A stretch of 64,000 nt of DNA, from NCBI GenBank assembly GCA_963706285.1, contig CAVPLU010000006.1, forward strand, positions 30,439 to 94,438. The letters are read 5' to 3'. Both the position numbers and the translations under genes were made by a program. Below are positions 51,493 to 61,640 of this stretch, one piece after another. Each line of letters opens with the position of its first letter. The stretch's first letter is position 1. Origin of the DNA: Candidatus Bathyarchaeota archaeon (GTDB lineage: Archaea > Thermoproteota > Bathyarchaeia > 40CM-2-53-6). Under the pieces are notes generated by a model. The model saw only the letters and a program-made list of their open reading frames with translations. It was not told the origin of the DNA and did not search any database.

Positions 51493-51699
51493 GCCTCACA
51501 TCCCAACTGATATCGGGGCAACTTCTGATTCTGCATTTGATGTCCGACGGAGTGTTGCGCCACTGGGCACTCGCCCTGCTAAATAGATTCGCTCTATCCT
51601 CAGGCTCAGGCCGAACCGTGCTGTTGCATGTAGATTAGCGACGAAATGCACTTAAGCTGCGCAGAGAGACCGAGAGGTGCCGTTAGGTCGGGATATCTT

Positions 51700-51942
51700 T
51701 TGGCACAGACTGTGCAGCAGAAATCCCTAGTCAGAATTCTGGAGGAGCGGTGTAAGGGCTGCGAACTCTGTGTACATGCGTGCCCTCAAGGGAACCTCTC
51801 CCTCTCGAACAAGCTGAACAGGATGGGATTCCATCCTGCAGTGTGGAGCTTTGTGGGCACGAAAGGAGCTTGCACTGCATGCGGAATCTGTTATTGGGTC
51901 TGTCCGGACTTTGCAATACACGAGGTCTTGGTGAGGACCTGA
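51700..51942 (+). CDS. 2-oxoacid:ferredoxin oxidoreductase delta (2x[4Fe-4S]) subunit
   Basis: Two CxxCxxCxxxCP motifs. Confidence 0.88.
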   Translation: MAQTVQQKSLVRILEERCKGCELCVHACPQGNLSLSNKLNRMGFHPAVWSFVGTKGACTACGICYWVCPDFAIHEVLVRT

Positions 51943-51945
51943 GGG

Positions 51946-53016
51946 ATGACTGAACGGGTCTACATGAAAGGCAACGAAGCACTCGCATACGGCGCTCTGA
52001 AAGCAAAGCTCAACGCATACTTCGCCTACCCCATAACCCCATCAACCGAGATCCCAGAGACGCTGGCCAAAGAATTCGGAAGCGAACAGTACCCTGACTT
52101 CAGAGTGTTCCTGCAGGCCGCCAGTGAGATTGAAGCCGTGAACATGGTTTTAGGTGCTGCAGCCGGCGGAGTGCGAGTGATGACTGCTACGTCAAGTCCC
52201 GGTTTCAGTCTCAAACAAGAGGCACTATCATACGCGGCAGGAATGGAGCTACCACTTCTAATTGTCAATGTCAACAGAGGCGGGCCGGGCCTAGGCAACA
52301 TTGCACCTGAACAAGGAGACTACTTCCAAATGACGAAAGGAGGCGGACATGGCAGTTATCACCTGATCGTGCTGGCGCCGAACTCGGTCCAGGAAATGGC
52401 GAGTTTCCCCAAGATCGCATTCGATCTTGCTTTCAAGTACAGGAATCCTGCTTGTATCGCAGGAGACGCTTTCACAGGTCAACTGAAGGAAGACATCGTC
52501 TTCCCGACTATTCAGGCCTCGGAGTATGATGTATCCTCGTGGGCGGCCACGGGTGCAAGCGGGAGAGAACGCCACGTAATCAATTCAATGAACCTAGATC
52601 CGGAAATTCACGTAACGCACGAGACCCACCTCGATGAGAAATACAAGATGATCCAGCGGCATGAAGTCAGATACGAGTCCCACCTGACCGACGACGCCGA
52701 GACGGTGATCGCAGCATATGGGACCACATCACGGATCTGCAAGAGCGTAGTCAACAAACTCCGGGGCGAGGGCTCGAAGATAGGATTATTCCGACCGATT
52801 ACCCTCTGGCCGTTTCCCTACGACCAGATTCTAAGGTTGACCGAACACGTCAAACGATTCCTAGTCGTAGAGCTGAACACGGGACAAATGGTAGAAGATG
52901 TTCGCCTAGGCGTAGAAGGAAAGGCACGAGTCAACTTCTTCGGGAAAGTTGGCGGCCTTCTCCCGACCGAACAGGAGATCGAGAAAGAATTAGCAAAAGA
53001 GATGATTGCAGCTTGA
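51946..53016 (+). CDS. 2-oxoacid:ferredoxin oxidoreductase alpha subunit (Vor/Kor-like)
   Basis: 'YPITP', 'SEIEA', 'TSSPGFSL', 'RGGPG'. Confidence 0.92.
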   Translation: MTERVYMKGNEALAYGALKAKLNAYFAYPITPSTEIPETLAKEFGSEQYPDFRVFLQAASEIEAVNMVLGAAAGGVRVMTATSSPGFSLKQEALSYAAGMELPLLIVNVNRGGPGLGNIAPEQGDYFQMTKGGGHGSYHLIVLAPNSVQEMASFPKIAFDLAFKYRNPACIAGDAFTGQLKEDIVFPTIQASEYDVSSWAATGASGRERHVINSMNLDPEIHVTHETHLDEKYKMIQRHEVRYESHLTDDAETVIAAYGTTSRICKSVVNKLRGEGSKIGLFRPITLWPFPYDQILRLTEHVKRFLVVELNTGQMVEDVRLGVEGKARVNFFGKVGGLLPTEQEIEKELAKEMIAA

Positions 53017-53828
53017 CCACACAGGAACCAAGCTTGGAAGATTATCACAAGAAACTCGGAAAGCTCGAAGCACTAACCGACAACCCGACCCATTATTGTC
53101 AAGGCTGCGAACACGGCGAACTAACGCGGCTGATCGCAAGCGCTATCGAGAATCTTGGCGTTCGAGAAAGAACAGTGATGATAGACTCGGTGGGATGTAG
53201 CGTCCTCTCATTCGACTACTACAACGTCGACCACATACAGTCGCCTCACGGCCGAGCCCCCGCGGTAGCAACGGGGCTCAAGAGAGTCAGACCAGAGCTG
53301 GTTGTCTACACGGTCCAGGGAGATGGCGACGCACTAGCCATAGGGCTGCTAGAAAGCATGTACGCCGCAATTCGCGGAGAACCGATCTCGGTGTTTCTGG
53401 TCAACAATGCAATATACGGAATGACGGGTGGACAGATGGCTCCGACTACACTGCAGGGCCAAGTCACCACAACTACCCCATACGGCCGAGACATCGGCTT
53501 CACAGGCGCACCAATTGACGCTTCAAAACTGATCTCAACCATCGACGGATCAGCCTACGTGAAGAGGGTGAGCCTCGCCGTCAGCGAGTTGGAAACCCCG
53601 AAAGGCAAGACGTACAGCATCAAGAACATACTCGAAGCGAAACAGGCAATTGAGAACGCATTCAAGGTTCAAATGATGGGCGGATTCACCTTCGTCGAGT
53701 GTCTCTCCAGCTGCTGGGTAAACTGGAAACTGCCCATCATGGAAGCCAAACGATTCGTAAACGAGCAGCTCGTCAAGCAGTATCCTCTTGGAACATACAA
53801 GGACAAGTTTGGGATCGAGAAGAAGTGA
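53013..53828 (+). CDS. 2-oxoacid:ferredoxin oxidoreductase beta subunit
   Basis: 'YCQGC', 'VGC', 'HGRA', 'GDGD...NN.IYGMTGGQ'. Confidence 0.92.
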   Translation: MTTQEPSLEDYHKKLGKLEALTDNPTHYCQGCEHGELTRLIASAIENLGVRERTVMIDSVGCSVLSFDYYNVDHIQSPHGRAPAVATGLKRVRPELVVYTVQGDGDALAIGLLESMYAAIRGEPISVFLVNNAIYGMTGGQMAPTTLQGQVTTTTPYGRDIGFTGAPIDASKLISTIDGSAYVKRVSLAVSELETPKGKTYSIKNILEAKQAIENAFKVQMMGGFTFVECLSSCWVNWKLPIMEAKRFVNEQLVKQYPLGTYKDKFGIEKK

Positions 53829-54424
53829 GCAAGACCGAGATTCTACTCTCCGGACATGGCGGACAGGGAGTGCTTCTTCTCGGAGACTACATAGCATACT
53901 CCGCTATGCTCGACGGAAAGCACGTGGCTTACACTCCCTCATATGGGCCTGAGACGAGAGGTGGAAAGGCGAAGTGCTATGTCGTGATCTCAGATGAGGA
54001 GATAGACACCCCGATCCCAGAGGAACCAGATCTTATGATCATACTAAATCGACCTTCGATGGATTTTGTACCGATGCTCAGGAAGGACGGCCTACTACTC
54101 TACAACAGCTCACTGATCCAAGAAGAAGCCCAGAAGAACGATATCAAGAAGATCGCCGTTCCCGCCACCGAGATCGCTGACTCGCTCGGAAAAGAGCTGA
54201 ATCCCACATCCTCGGGAGAATCCAATGATACAAGATTCGTGGCCAACTCCGTGATGTTCGGTGCGTACTTGGGAACGCCCGCAGGCCAAACCGCAAGGAA
54301 GCATCTGGATGAAACTCTTGAGCACTTCCTTGCAGGAAAGAAATCCAGTCTTCTTGAGCTTAATCGATTGGCGGTTGAACACGGCCTCCGACACATGTCA
54401 ACTGTGTCCGTAGTAATGCGTTGA
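53825..54424 (+). CDS. 2-oxoacid:ferredoxin oxidoreductase gamma subunit
   Basis: 'GHGGQG', 'SYGPETRGG'; GTGA overlap with the beta subunit. Confidence 0.9.
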   Translation: MSKTEILLSGHGGQGVLLLGDYIAYSAMLDGKHVAYTPSYGPETRGGKAKCYVVISDEEIDTPIPEEPDLMIILNRPSMDFVPMLRKDGLLLYNSSLIQEEAQKNDIKKIAVPATEIADSLGKELNPTSSGESNDTRFVANSVMFGAYLGTPAGQTARKHLDETLEHFLAGKKSSLLELNRLAVEHGLRHMSTVSVVMR

Positions 54425-54525
54425 AATGGACCCCACCTGCAGAGGGTTCAGCACACAACATTGAGAGCATATACGGAATCCACATATCTATTTACCACAT
54501 AGCAGGTCGTGAAGTGCAAGACAGG

Positions 54526-55878
54526 ATGCCCCAAGTCACAAAAGAGCAGCTGCTAGAGAAGGCTAGGAAGCCTGCAAAGGATGCAATGCGTCTTCACCCC
54601 TTCTATAGGGGCAAAATGCAGACGGCCCCGAGATGTACGATCCGAGATTTCAACGACTTTGCAATATGGTACACGCCAGGTGTAGCTGAGCCCTGTCGTG
54701 CTATCCAGAAGGACGAGAAACTCGTCTACGAGTACACCAACAAATGGAACACGATCGCGGTTGTAAGCGATGGAACCAGAGTGCTTGGCCTCGGAGACAT
54801 AGGCCCGAAAGCCGCAATGCCGGTAATGGAGGGAAAAGCGCTTCTATTCAAGTACCTCGGAGGCGTCGACGCCGTTCCGATCTGTCTTGACACGAAGGAT
54901 CCAGACGAGATAATCAAAGCCACAAAGTGGCTTCAACCCTCCTTCGGCGGCATAAACTTGGAAGACATCTCCAACCCGAAGTGCTTCTACATTCTAGACA
55001 GGCTGCGTGCTGAGGCGGAGATACCCGTCTGGCATGACGATCAACAAGGAACTGCATGCGTGACCCTTGCTGGATTGATCAATTCACTGGAAGTCGTCGG
55101 CAAGAAGATGAGGCAAATCACCTTGACATTGATCGGAGCGGGCTCGGCCAATGTTGCCTGTGCTCGACTAATGTATGCTTACGGGCTGAGACCAGAGAAC
55201 ACAATCGTCGTAGACACAAAGGGCATACTGAACCGGCAAAGGAAGGATGTCGAGGCAAAGAAGGCGGAGTTGCCTGAAAAGTGGAAATTCTGTGAGACAA
55301 CAAACGAGGAGCAACGATCAGGAGGCATTCCAGAAGCCCTCAAAGGCGCTGATGTGTGTATCGCTCTCTCCCAATCTGGCCCAGGCGTCATCAAGGAAGA
55401 GTGGGTGGCGAGGATGGCGAAAGACTCGATAATTTTCGCTTGTGCGAACCCGATTCCTGAGATCTGGCCCTGGGAGGCCAAAGAGGCAGGAGCGAAGGTC
55501 GTCGCGACAGGGCGATCCGATTTCCCGAACCAGGTAAACAACTCCCTCGGCTTCCCAGGCATTTTCAGAGGAACACTCGACGTTCGTGCTAGGACAATCA
55601 CAGACGAGATGTGCATCGCGGCTGCTGAAGAGCTCGCAAAATGCGCAAGGGAACGGGGACTGAACCCAGACTACATCACACCAAACATGGACGAATGGGA
55701 AGTGTTTCCACGTGAAGCCGTCGCAGTCGGAATGAAAGCCCAAGAACAGGGAGTGGCAGAACTCAAAATCAGTCGAAACGAGCTCTACGAACGAGCATGC
55801 AACATAATCATGAGCTCACGTGAGCTTGCGAAAAGCATGATGGAAAACGGATTCATCGCCCCACCGCCATCGGAATGA
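54526..55878 (+). CDS. mae: NAD(P)-dependent malic enzyme
   Basis: 'YTPGVAEPC', 'VMEGK', 'NLEDI', 'HDDQQGT', '[12 protein letters not shown]'. Confidence 0.93.
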   Translation: MPQVTKEQLLEKARKPAKDAMRLHPFYRGKMQTAPRCTIRDFNDFAIWYTPGVAEPCRAIQKDEKLVYEYTNKWNTIAVVSDGTRVLGLGDIGPKAAMPVMEGKALLFKYLGGVDAVPICLDTKDPDEIIKATKWLQPSFGGINLEDISNPKCFYILDRLRAEAEIPVWHDDQQGTACVTLAGLINSLEVVGKKMRQITLTLIGAGSANVACARLMYAYGLRPENTIVVDTKGILNRQRKDVEAKKAELPEKWKFCETTNEEQRSGGIPEALKGADVCIALSQSGPGVIKEEWVARMAKDSIIFACANPIPEIWPWEAKEAGAKVVATGRSDFPNQVNNSLGFPGIFRGTLDVRARTITDEMCIAAAEELAKCARERGLNPDYITPNMDEWEVFPREAVAVGMKAQEQGVAELKISRNELYERACNIIMSSRELAKSMMENGFIAPPPSE

Positions 55879-56063
55879 GACAAGCAACGGAAGACCCTCA
55901 TTCACCGCGGCACGGCGCTCAACCCACACGAACACAGACTATTCGCATGTGACCAACGAATTCGGAATCGTGATCGGCGATATCGAGACAAGCGAAGACC
56001 TAAAACCATCTTCAAAGCTACGGGTACCACGTTCGCGTTCGCATGTGGATTGCACGCTGACAG

Positions 56064-57285
56064 TTGGACTTGGTAGTGCCCACAGTCTCTGATAGAATTG
56101 ATCTTCTTCACATATCTCCCATTCGACGTGTTTCCGCTCTATTGGCTGATGCCAGGAGAAAGAGGGACATAATCTCGTTCGGCGGCGGCGCTCCGAGTCT
56201 CCTCCCGTCACAAGTAGTCTTGGACGAAATGAAACGGGCGCTCACCGACGATCCCGGAGCCGCATGCGGATACGCCGGCACCCGCGGTCTCTTCGAACTG
56301 CGACGCCTACTGTCCGATGACTTCGCAAGAGAGGAAGGGACGAAATATGATCCGGAAAACGAGATCGTAATAACCGACGGTGCAAGTGAAGGCGTCTTCA
56401 CCCTCTTCATGTCCCTTCTCGGAAGCGGGGACGAAGTGATAATCACGGATCCCACCTACCTTGGCTTCCGAGAAGCATCGATGCTGGCAGGAGCGCACGT
56501 TCGCACTCTGCCCGGTGAACGTCGATGAGGGTTATCAGCCTGATATCGAGAAGCTCAAGACGCTGATCACCAAACAGACGAAAGCCTTCGTCCTCCTCTC
56601 TCCAGATAACCCAACTGGAAGAGTCGTCAAAGATGATTTCGTAAAGGCGCTGGTCGATCTTGCCGTCGACCACAACTTCTGGATCATATATGATGCAACG
56701 TATCGGGACATATTCTTCGAAGGAACATATCTTAAGATCTGCAGCCTGCCAGGGGGATATGATCACGTTGCGGTTACAGGCAGCTTCTCGAAGGAAGCCT
56801 CGATCCCCGGGCTCCGACTTGGATACGTCATGGGCCCTCCAGTAGTGGCTGACGCGGTAGAGAAGATCAAACAGTACACGAGCCTTGCACCGAACACTCT
56901 CAGCCAGATCGGAATGATCAAGTTCTTCTCCGGCGACGTCAAACGGAAATATCTCAGCGAGACCGTCTTGCCTACCTACAGGACAAGGCGAGACTTCATG
57001 GCAAAGTGCATCCGCGAGTATCTACCTGAAGCGAAGACATCATTGCCGCAGGGCGCGTTCTACTTCTTTGTGGATCTGAAATACTACCTAGACGGCATGA
57101 AAAGGGACGATGCAGAATTCTGCAACAGAGTGCTCGAGCGGAAGAGCATTGTGCTGATACCAGGGTCGTTCTTCGGTGCCAACGGCGCCGGACACACACG
57201 AGTGACTTTCGTAAGTGAACCTGAGCAGAGAATCGAGGCTGGAATAAAGGCAGTCGCTGGCTACGTTTTCAGCTTCACTTTCTAG
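56064..57285 (+). CDS. PLP-dependent aminotransferase class I/II (frameshift near 56510)
   Basis: 'SPDNPTG', 'DATY', 'SFSK....PGLRLGY'. Confidence 0.88.
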
Positions 57286-57286
57286 T

Positions 57287-58039
57287 CTACGGAATTTCCT
57301 GCAGTGGTTTCTTCGCTACCTGCAGAACAATCTCTACGGGCGCTCTCGCAGCTTGCTCGATCTTAGCCTTCCACTCACTGCCTATCGATACGAGGGCGTA
57401 GATGCCGCTGACCTCCCCCTTGGCCTTCTGGACGATTCGGGCGAGTGCAACTTGGGTTTCGCCGCTATCTATCACGTCGTCGACGATAAGGACGCAGTCG
57501 CCCCTCTTGATGGCGTCTCGCGGTACAAACAGGCTCATCATGATTGCAGTCCTGCTTGGGATGTAGATCTCCTCAATGAACTCGCGTACGCCAACCTCCC
57601 GGCTCTTCTTAGCGATGACTAGACCTACCCCGATTCTGTGGGCCACCAAGGTCGCGAGCGGAATGCCGTCCACTGCGGCCGCCAGCACCTTCGTGATACG
57701 TTTGCCTGCGAAGGCGTTGATTGCATGTTGTACTGCCCTTTCTAGAAGAAGTGTGTCAGAAATCAGTCGGGTGTTGTCGAAGTAGCCGAGCTCGTCAAAT
57801 CGGATTCGCTGCTGTATCTCACCCTCTAGACGCATGATCTTCTGAAGAGTCTGATTAATCGACTGAGCACGGTCAATTGTGGGCAGAACGTGCCCTTTGA
57901 CGTATCTGCTGAGTACAGTCTCTGGTAAGCCGATAATCTGCGCCAATTCTCGATATGTATAGTAGTTCTTGGCGAGATTGAGCAGTTCGATCGTCATCAG
58001 CTTGTATTTGAGGTCAGAAATCCTAGAACCTGCTCTCAT
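57287..58039 (-). CDS. HTH plus purine phosphoribosyltransferase (PurR-like, TACK-type)
   Basis: HTH 'TYRELA...TVLSRYVKGHVLP'; PRPP motif 'VLIVDDVIDSGET'. Confidence 0.85.
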   Translation of the reverse strand: MRAGSRISDLKYKLMTIELLNLAKNYYTYRELAQIIGLPETVLSRYVKGHVLPTIDRAQSINQTLQKIMRLEGEIQQRIRFDELGYFDNTRLISDTLLLERAVQHAINAFAGKRITKVLAAAVDGIPLATLVAHRIGVGLVIAKKSREVGVREFIEEIYIPSRTAIMMSLFVPRDAIKRGDCVLIVDDVIDSGETQVALARIVQKAKGEVSGIYALVSIGSEWKAKIEQAARAPVEIVLQVAKKPLQEIP

Positions 58040-58145
58040 GGCTTTTTCCTCTCAGAACCAGTCCTATTTTCTCGGATACTAACAGGTTCATGCGTATATC
58101 TAATAAGACTTTCCACACTTCTTTGACATGAACCCATGGGGTAAC

Positions 58146-58581
58146 CTACCGGCGGCTACCCACGACTCCGAGGCTGTTTTGGTAGCGTCCTTCGTACGGG
58201 GCGGCAGCCCGCTTCCCAAGCCTCAGACACTGTCAGCTGCACGAACCTTTCTCCTGCCTTCAACTGGATCGTCTTGCTGCCGGTATTGGAAAGAGAAATC
58301 GTAAGTTGACCCTTGAAGCCCGGATCCACCAAAGCTAGGCTCGCCAATATCCCCTCACGGGCCAGAGAAGATCGTATGTGCAGGATCCCAACCAGGCCGC
58401 TGTCCAGCTCAACTCTCTCGATCGTGGCGACGAGGCGATGTTCTGAAGGCCCCAGCACTACGTCGGCGCTCAGCCTCAGATCGTACCCGGCTGGATTCAG
58501 GCTAGCCTCGTCAAAAGGGGCAATGATCAGGGTCTTCTCGGCCAGAGCACCTCGTATCTCTGAGTCTGAGAGCGCCATCAC
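58146..58581 (-). CDS. dcd: dCTP deaminase / dUTPase family protein (frameshift near the 3' end)
   Basis: 'PAGYDLR', 'RSSLAREG', 'VDPGFKG', 'GERFVQL'; the alternative frame gives 'YEGRYQ'. Confidence 0.85.
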
Positions 58582-58669
58582 GATCCGGCTCTGTATCGTC
58601 CAAGTAGATGAAATCGTTATGGGGTTAAGATGATTAAGCCTTCCCTAGAACGGATATGTCCCTCGTTAG

Positions 58670-59578
58670 ATGGGCTCATGTCGGGAAGCTTATCTAGTCG
58701 AAGAGTTGATCGGCGCCCAGTGCTGGGAAGAACCACTGAGGTTCCAAGTGAATCTGTTCACTGACATCTCAAACACCTCAGGGGTGAGGCTTGTCGGTGG
58801 CAAACTGGACATCATCATCGGAGCGCCCTCAGGAAGTGGTTCGTGTTCTATTCTCCGGGCGACTCCCAGCCTGCGCACCGAACTCAAAGCCGAAGGCAAC
58901 TTGCACGCACTCGTGAGTATTCCAGAACTTGACGCTGAGCAAAACTTCGAATCAAGAGTCGCGCTGGAATACGTGACACTGAATCGATCCTTCGAACTCG
59001 ACCAGGGCCCCCCGCCGATCAGCCTTGCTCAATCAAATGATAGCTACTGCAAGAATGACAAATTCTGGGAAACAAAAGACCCGTTGATCAAGCGAACTTC
59101 GGAGAAGATCCGCAGTTCATCCACTGACACAGGTGACTTCCTGTCACGTACATTCGCGTGGGTTCGCGACAACATGAAACTTCGAGATCCTCAGCCAACC
59201 CGTTTGGGTGCCGCACGTGCAATTCGCGAACTGATAGGTGACTGTGATGAAATGTCAGACCTCTTCATCGCGCTCTGCAGGGCCGCGAATGTTCCAAGCC
59301 GTCGAGTCGTCGGTATCTTCTACCACGGCCAACGATCCGAGTCAAGACCGTTCGATTGGCATGCGTGGGCTGAGGTTCAAGTGTCCAAGGACGTATGGGT
59401 TCCGTTCGATCCTTCTTTGAACTACTTCGCTGCGATCAGCGATAGACATCTGCCTCGGTGCTGCATGGGTAGGCGGTCTGACTATCCTATTAGAAGACTG
59501 ACGTGGCGATCGCACCCAGACAAGTTCCCAACACTCAATGATGACGATATTGAGACTATTACAGCTCTGTCCAGCTAG
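58670..59578 (+). CDS. Transglutaminase-like protein
   Basis: Cys-His-Asp triad 'GDCDE...HAWAE...FDP'. Confidence 0.85.
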   Translation: MGSCREAYLVEELIGAQCWEEPLRFQVNLFTDISNTSGVRLVGGKLDIIIGAPSGSGSCSILRATPSLRTELKAEGNLHALVSIPELDAEQNFESRVALEYVTLNRSFELDQGPPPISLAQSNDSYCKNDKFWETKDPLIKRTSEKIRSSSTDTGDFLSRTFAWVRDNMKLRDPQPTRLGAARAIRELIGDCDEMSDLFIALCRAANVPSRRVVGIFYHGQRSESRPFDWHAWAEVQVSKDVWVPFDPSLNYFAAISDRHLPRCCMGRRSDYPIRRLTWRSHPDKFPTLNDDDIETITALSS

Positions 59579-59650
59579 CGACCGAGCGGTCCTCTGCGAA
59601 CATTTAATCTCCTGCCTCGATCAAGCTAACCTCAGGACGCGCAAACTAGT

Positions 59651-59920
59651 TTGTGCCTCAATTATGTCCAAGGTGGCTTCTGCCTGATCGACGGGGGACC
59701 ATGTCTACTCGGCTCCCGAGGCAATGAAGCGAGGAACCAAGATCATGAATGCCCGAGACACGGCTCGTTTGATGTTTGGAGGACAAGAGAGGATCTGATC
59801 TTGATAAGCGACTTGGAAGGTCCTCACGAGAGCGTCAAAGACTGCTACGGGCTAAGGATCTCGCTGCAAGAAGCGCTCGAGTCGGACAGAAATGCGCACA
59901 AAGTCCAGCAACCAAGATAG
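59651..59920 (+). CDS. Small Cys-rich hypothetical protein
   Basis: 89-aa ORF with 5 Cys; its stop overlaps the next start. Confidence 0.45.
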   Translation: MCLNYVQGGFCLIDGGPCLLGSRGNEARNQDHECPRHGSFDVWRTREDLILISDLEGPHESVKDCYGLRISLQEALESDRNAHKVQQPR

Positions 59921-60129
59921 TGACTACTCAGAGAAAATGCTGCAGATGTGGAGAAGCGTTTTGGCCGCGAGCGGATCTCGCGGTAGAGGGTACGCCAAGT
60001 CGTGTAGGATGCTACTTCTGCCCTTCGTGTGTGAAGCTTGCCTCTCAAGTGGATCTTCAGGAATACTGGAAACGAATTGCTGGAACCCAATTCGTGACAC
60101 AGATTGATTTGATGGAGTGGTGCGGCTAG
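59920..60129 (+). CDS. Small zinc-finger protein
   Basis: 'CCRCG...CPSC'. Confidence 0.55.
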   Translation: MTTQRKCCRCGEAFWPRADLAVEGTPSRVGCYFCPSCVKLASQVDLQEYWKRIAGTQFVTQIDLMEWCG

Positions 60130-60330
60130 TCTCTCGGATTTCAACAAGAGAAGGCAACTGATGTGCGCTCCCTGATGTTTATCGAGACTATTCTTCTGTG
60201 CACCCGACGAGTTGTTCGCGCTGAGATCGACAATGTCGTCGTGAATCAATCAAAAGCGAGCAATATGAGACAAGGTTGGAGATGGAAAGGCATCGAGTTT
60301 CTTATAGCGGACAGAGGGCATAGCCTAGGT

Positions 60331-60483
60331 GGGCCCGTAGTCTAGGCCATCTTGTCATCTACAATTGATGATGTGATGGGGACAACCAGGATTAGGACAC
60401 AGTCGCACGCTTCGGTGTAGGCCTTCGGAACAAGCAGTGAGGAAAGCCTGGGATCCAGGGTTCGAATCCCTGCGGGCCCGCCA
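60331..60483 (+). tRNA. tRNA-Arg(UCG) with three BHB introns (15/16: 60346-60385; 29/30: 60403-60420; 37/38: 60429-60444); CCA encoded
   Basis: Spliced: GGGCCCGTAGTCTAG|CCAGGATTAGGACACAG|GCCTTCGG|AGCCTGGGATCCAGGGTTCGAATCCCTGCGGGCCCGCCA; TATA-like 'TTCTTATAG' about 30 nt upstream. Confidence 0.92.
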
Positions 60484-60666
60484 CACTACTCCCAACAGAA
60501 TCCTTCTGTGGAACGATAGGACCCGTTGAGTTTCGGTAATTGTGTCGGTTAGGGCGTTCTGGCTGATTCTGCTAATGTTGAGACCATATTGTCTCGATTC
60601 ATGTACGAGATTGGTTGGCAAATAGATCATGACCGACTTGTTCCCTAGGGAAACATGGGGAGACAT
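60484..60666 (-). CDS. CcdA/RHH-like small protein whose frame runs into the tRNA 3' end
   Basis: 'VMIYLPTNLVHESRQYGLNISRISQNAL' resembles CcdA-family 'A...G.N.S....AL'. Confidence 0.45.
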
Positions 60667-61097
60667 GTGCAGCGTCAATTGCGTCCATCGTAAATGTTGA
60701 GTATGCGCCAAGCTCGCGCCCGGCGATTCAAGATCCTCTCCGACTTATAGTTCAAAGGACGATTCCTGCGCTATACAAGAGCGAAGGGGGCGATAATTCG
60801 GATGAAAGTGGCCTGCACACAGCCTCTCAATTCCACTGCTTCCCTCGCGATCCAGTTCGCACATTCGACCGTGAAAAACGGCAACTCGGTATAGACACAA
60901 TTATTGGCCCTCTGTAGGGGATTCCGAGTCGTTTAACATACAGTGTATCTGTACTGGCTAGCAGTATATAGAGTCCATGGACCGAATTTGCGACGACCAG
61001 TTGCGAAAGTTGGTCGGATACAAAGGATCGTGGGTACAAGTATCTGACTGCTGCAGAACGCTCGTCATGATGAAGACTTCGTCAGCGGACAGCGAGA

Positions 61098-61640
61098 GTG
61101 CGCTCATCAAGTCTATTCTTATCCGTTGGGCTGGCGATTAGTCTGATTTCTGTACCCGCGAAGGTAGATTATTCGAGGCTCGATGCGGATGATTGGAAGA
61201 TGATTGCGAGGACCGGGAGTCCACTACAGACGCAGGGTTTTCTTGAGTTACAAGTGGGGAGACAAAAACCCCAGCAAAGATGGGAACGAGGCCCTAATCG
61301 TGAACTTCGTTAAGCCCCTGCTCGAACGACTGGACATTGTGCATGTCACATTAGAGATAATTACTCGCTCAAGATCCTTTGACCTCAAAGCCATCCAACT
61401 TATTCGGAGTTGCAACGGGGTTATTGCCTTCACACCAAGGATGACCCCGTTGGCAACATTGAGCATGAAATAGCACAGAATCAGAATCTCGTTGCCATTT
61501 GCAATGAAGAAGGATCCCTAGGTCCTTCCATGAGAAGAGACAGATTGCAGATAGATTTCTCTAGAGATGACATGGCACTTGTGATACTCGACCTTATCAA
61601 GGCGCTGAGGGAAAACGGCCTATTCAGACTCATGATATGA
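61098..61640 (+). CDS. TIR-like domain protein (frameshifted; N-terminus uncertain)
   Basis: Joined frames give 'RRVFLSYKW...LIRSCNGVIAF..DDPVGNIEHEIA...IDFSR'. Confidence 0.5.

Noticed and set aside
60346-60385. C/D-box sRNA inside the tRNA intron (contains TGATGA)
   Set aside because: No D box (CTGA), the intron is only 40 nt, and the motif is part of the intron hairpin
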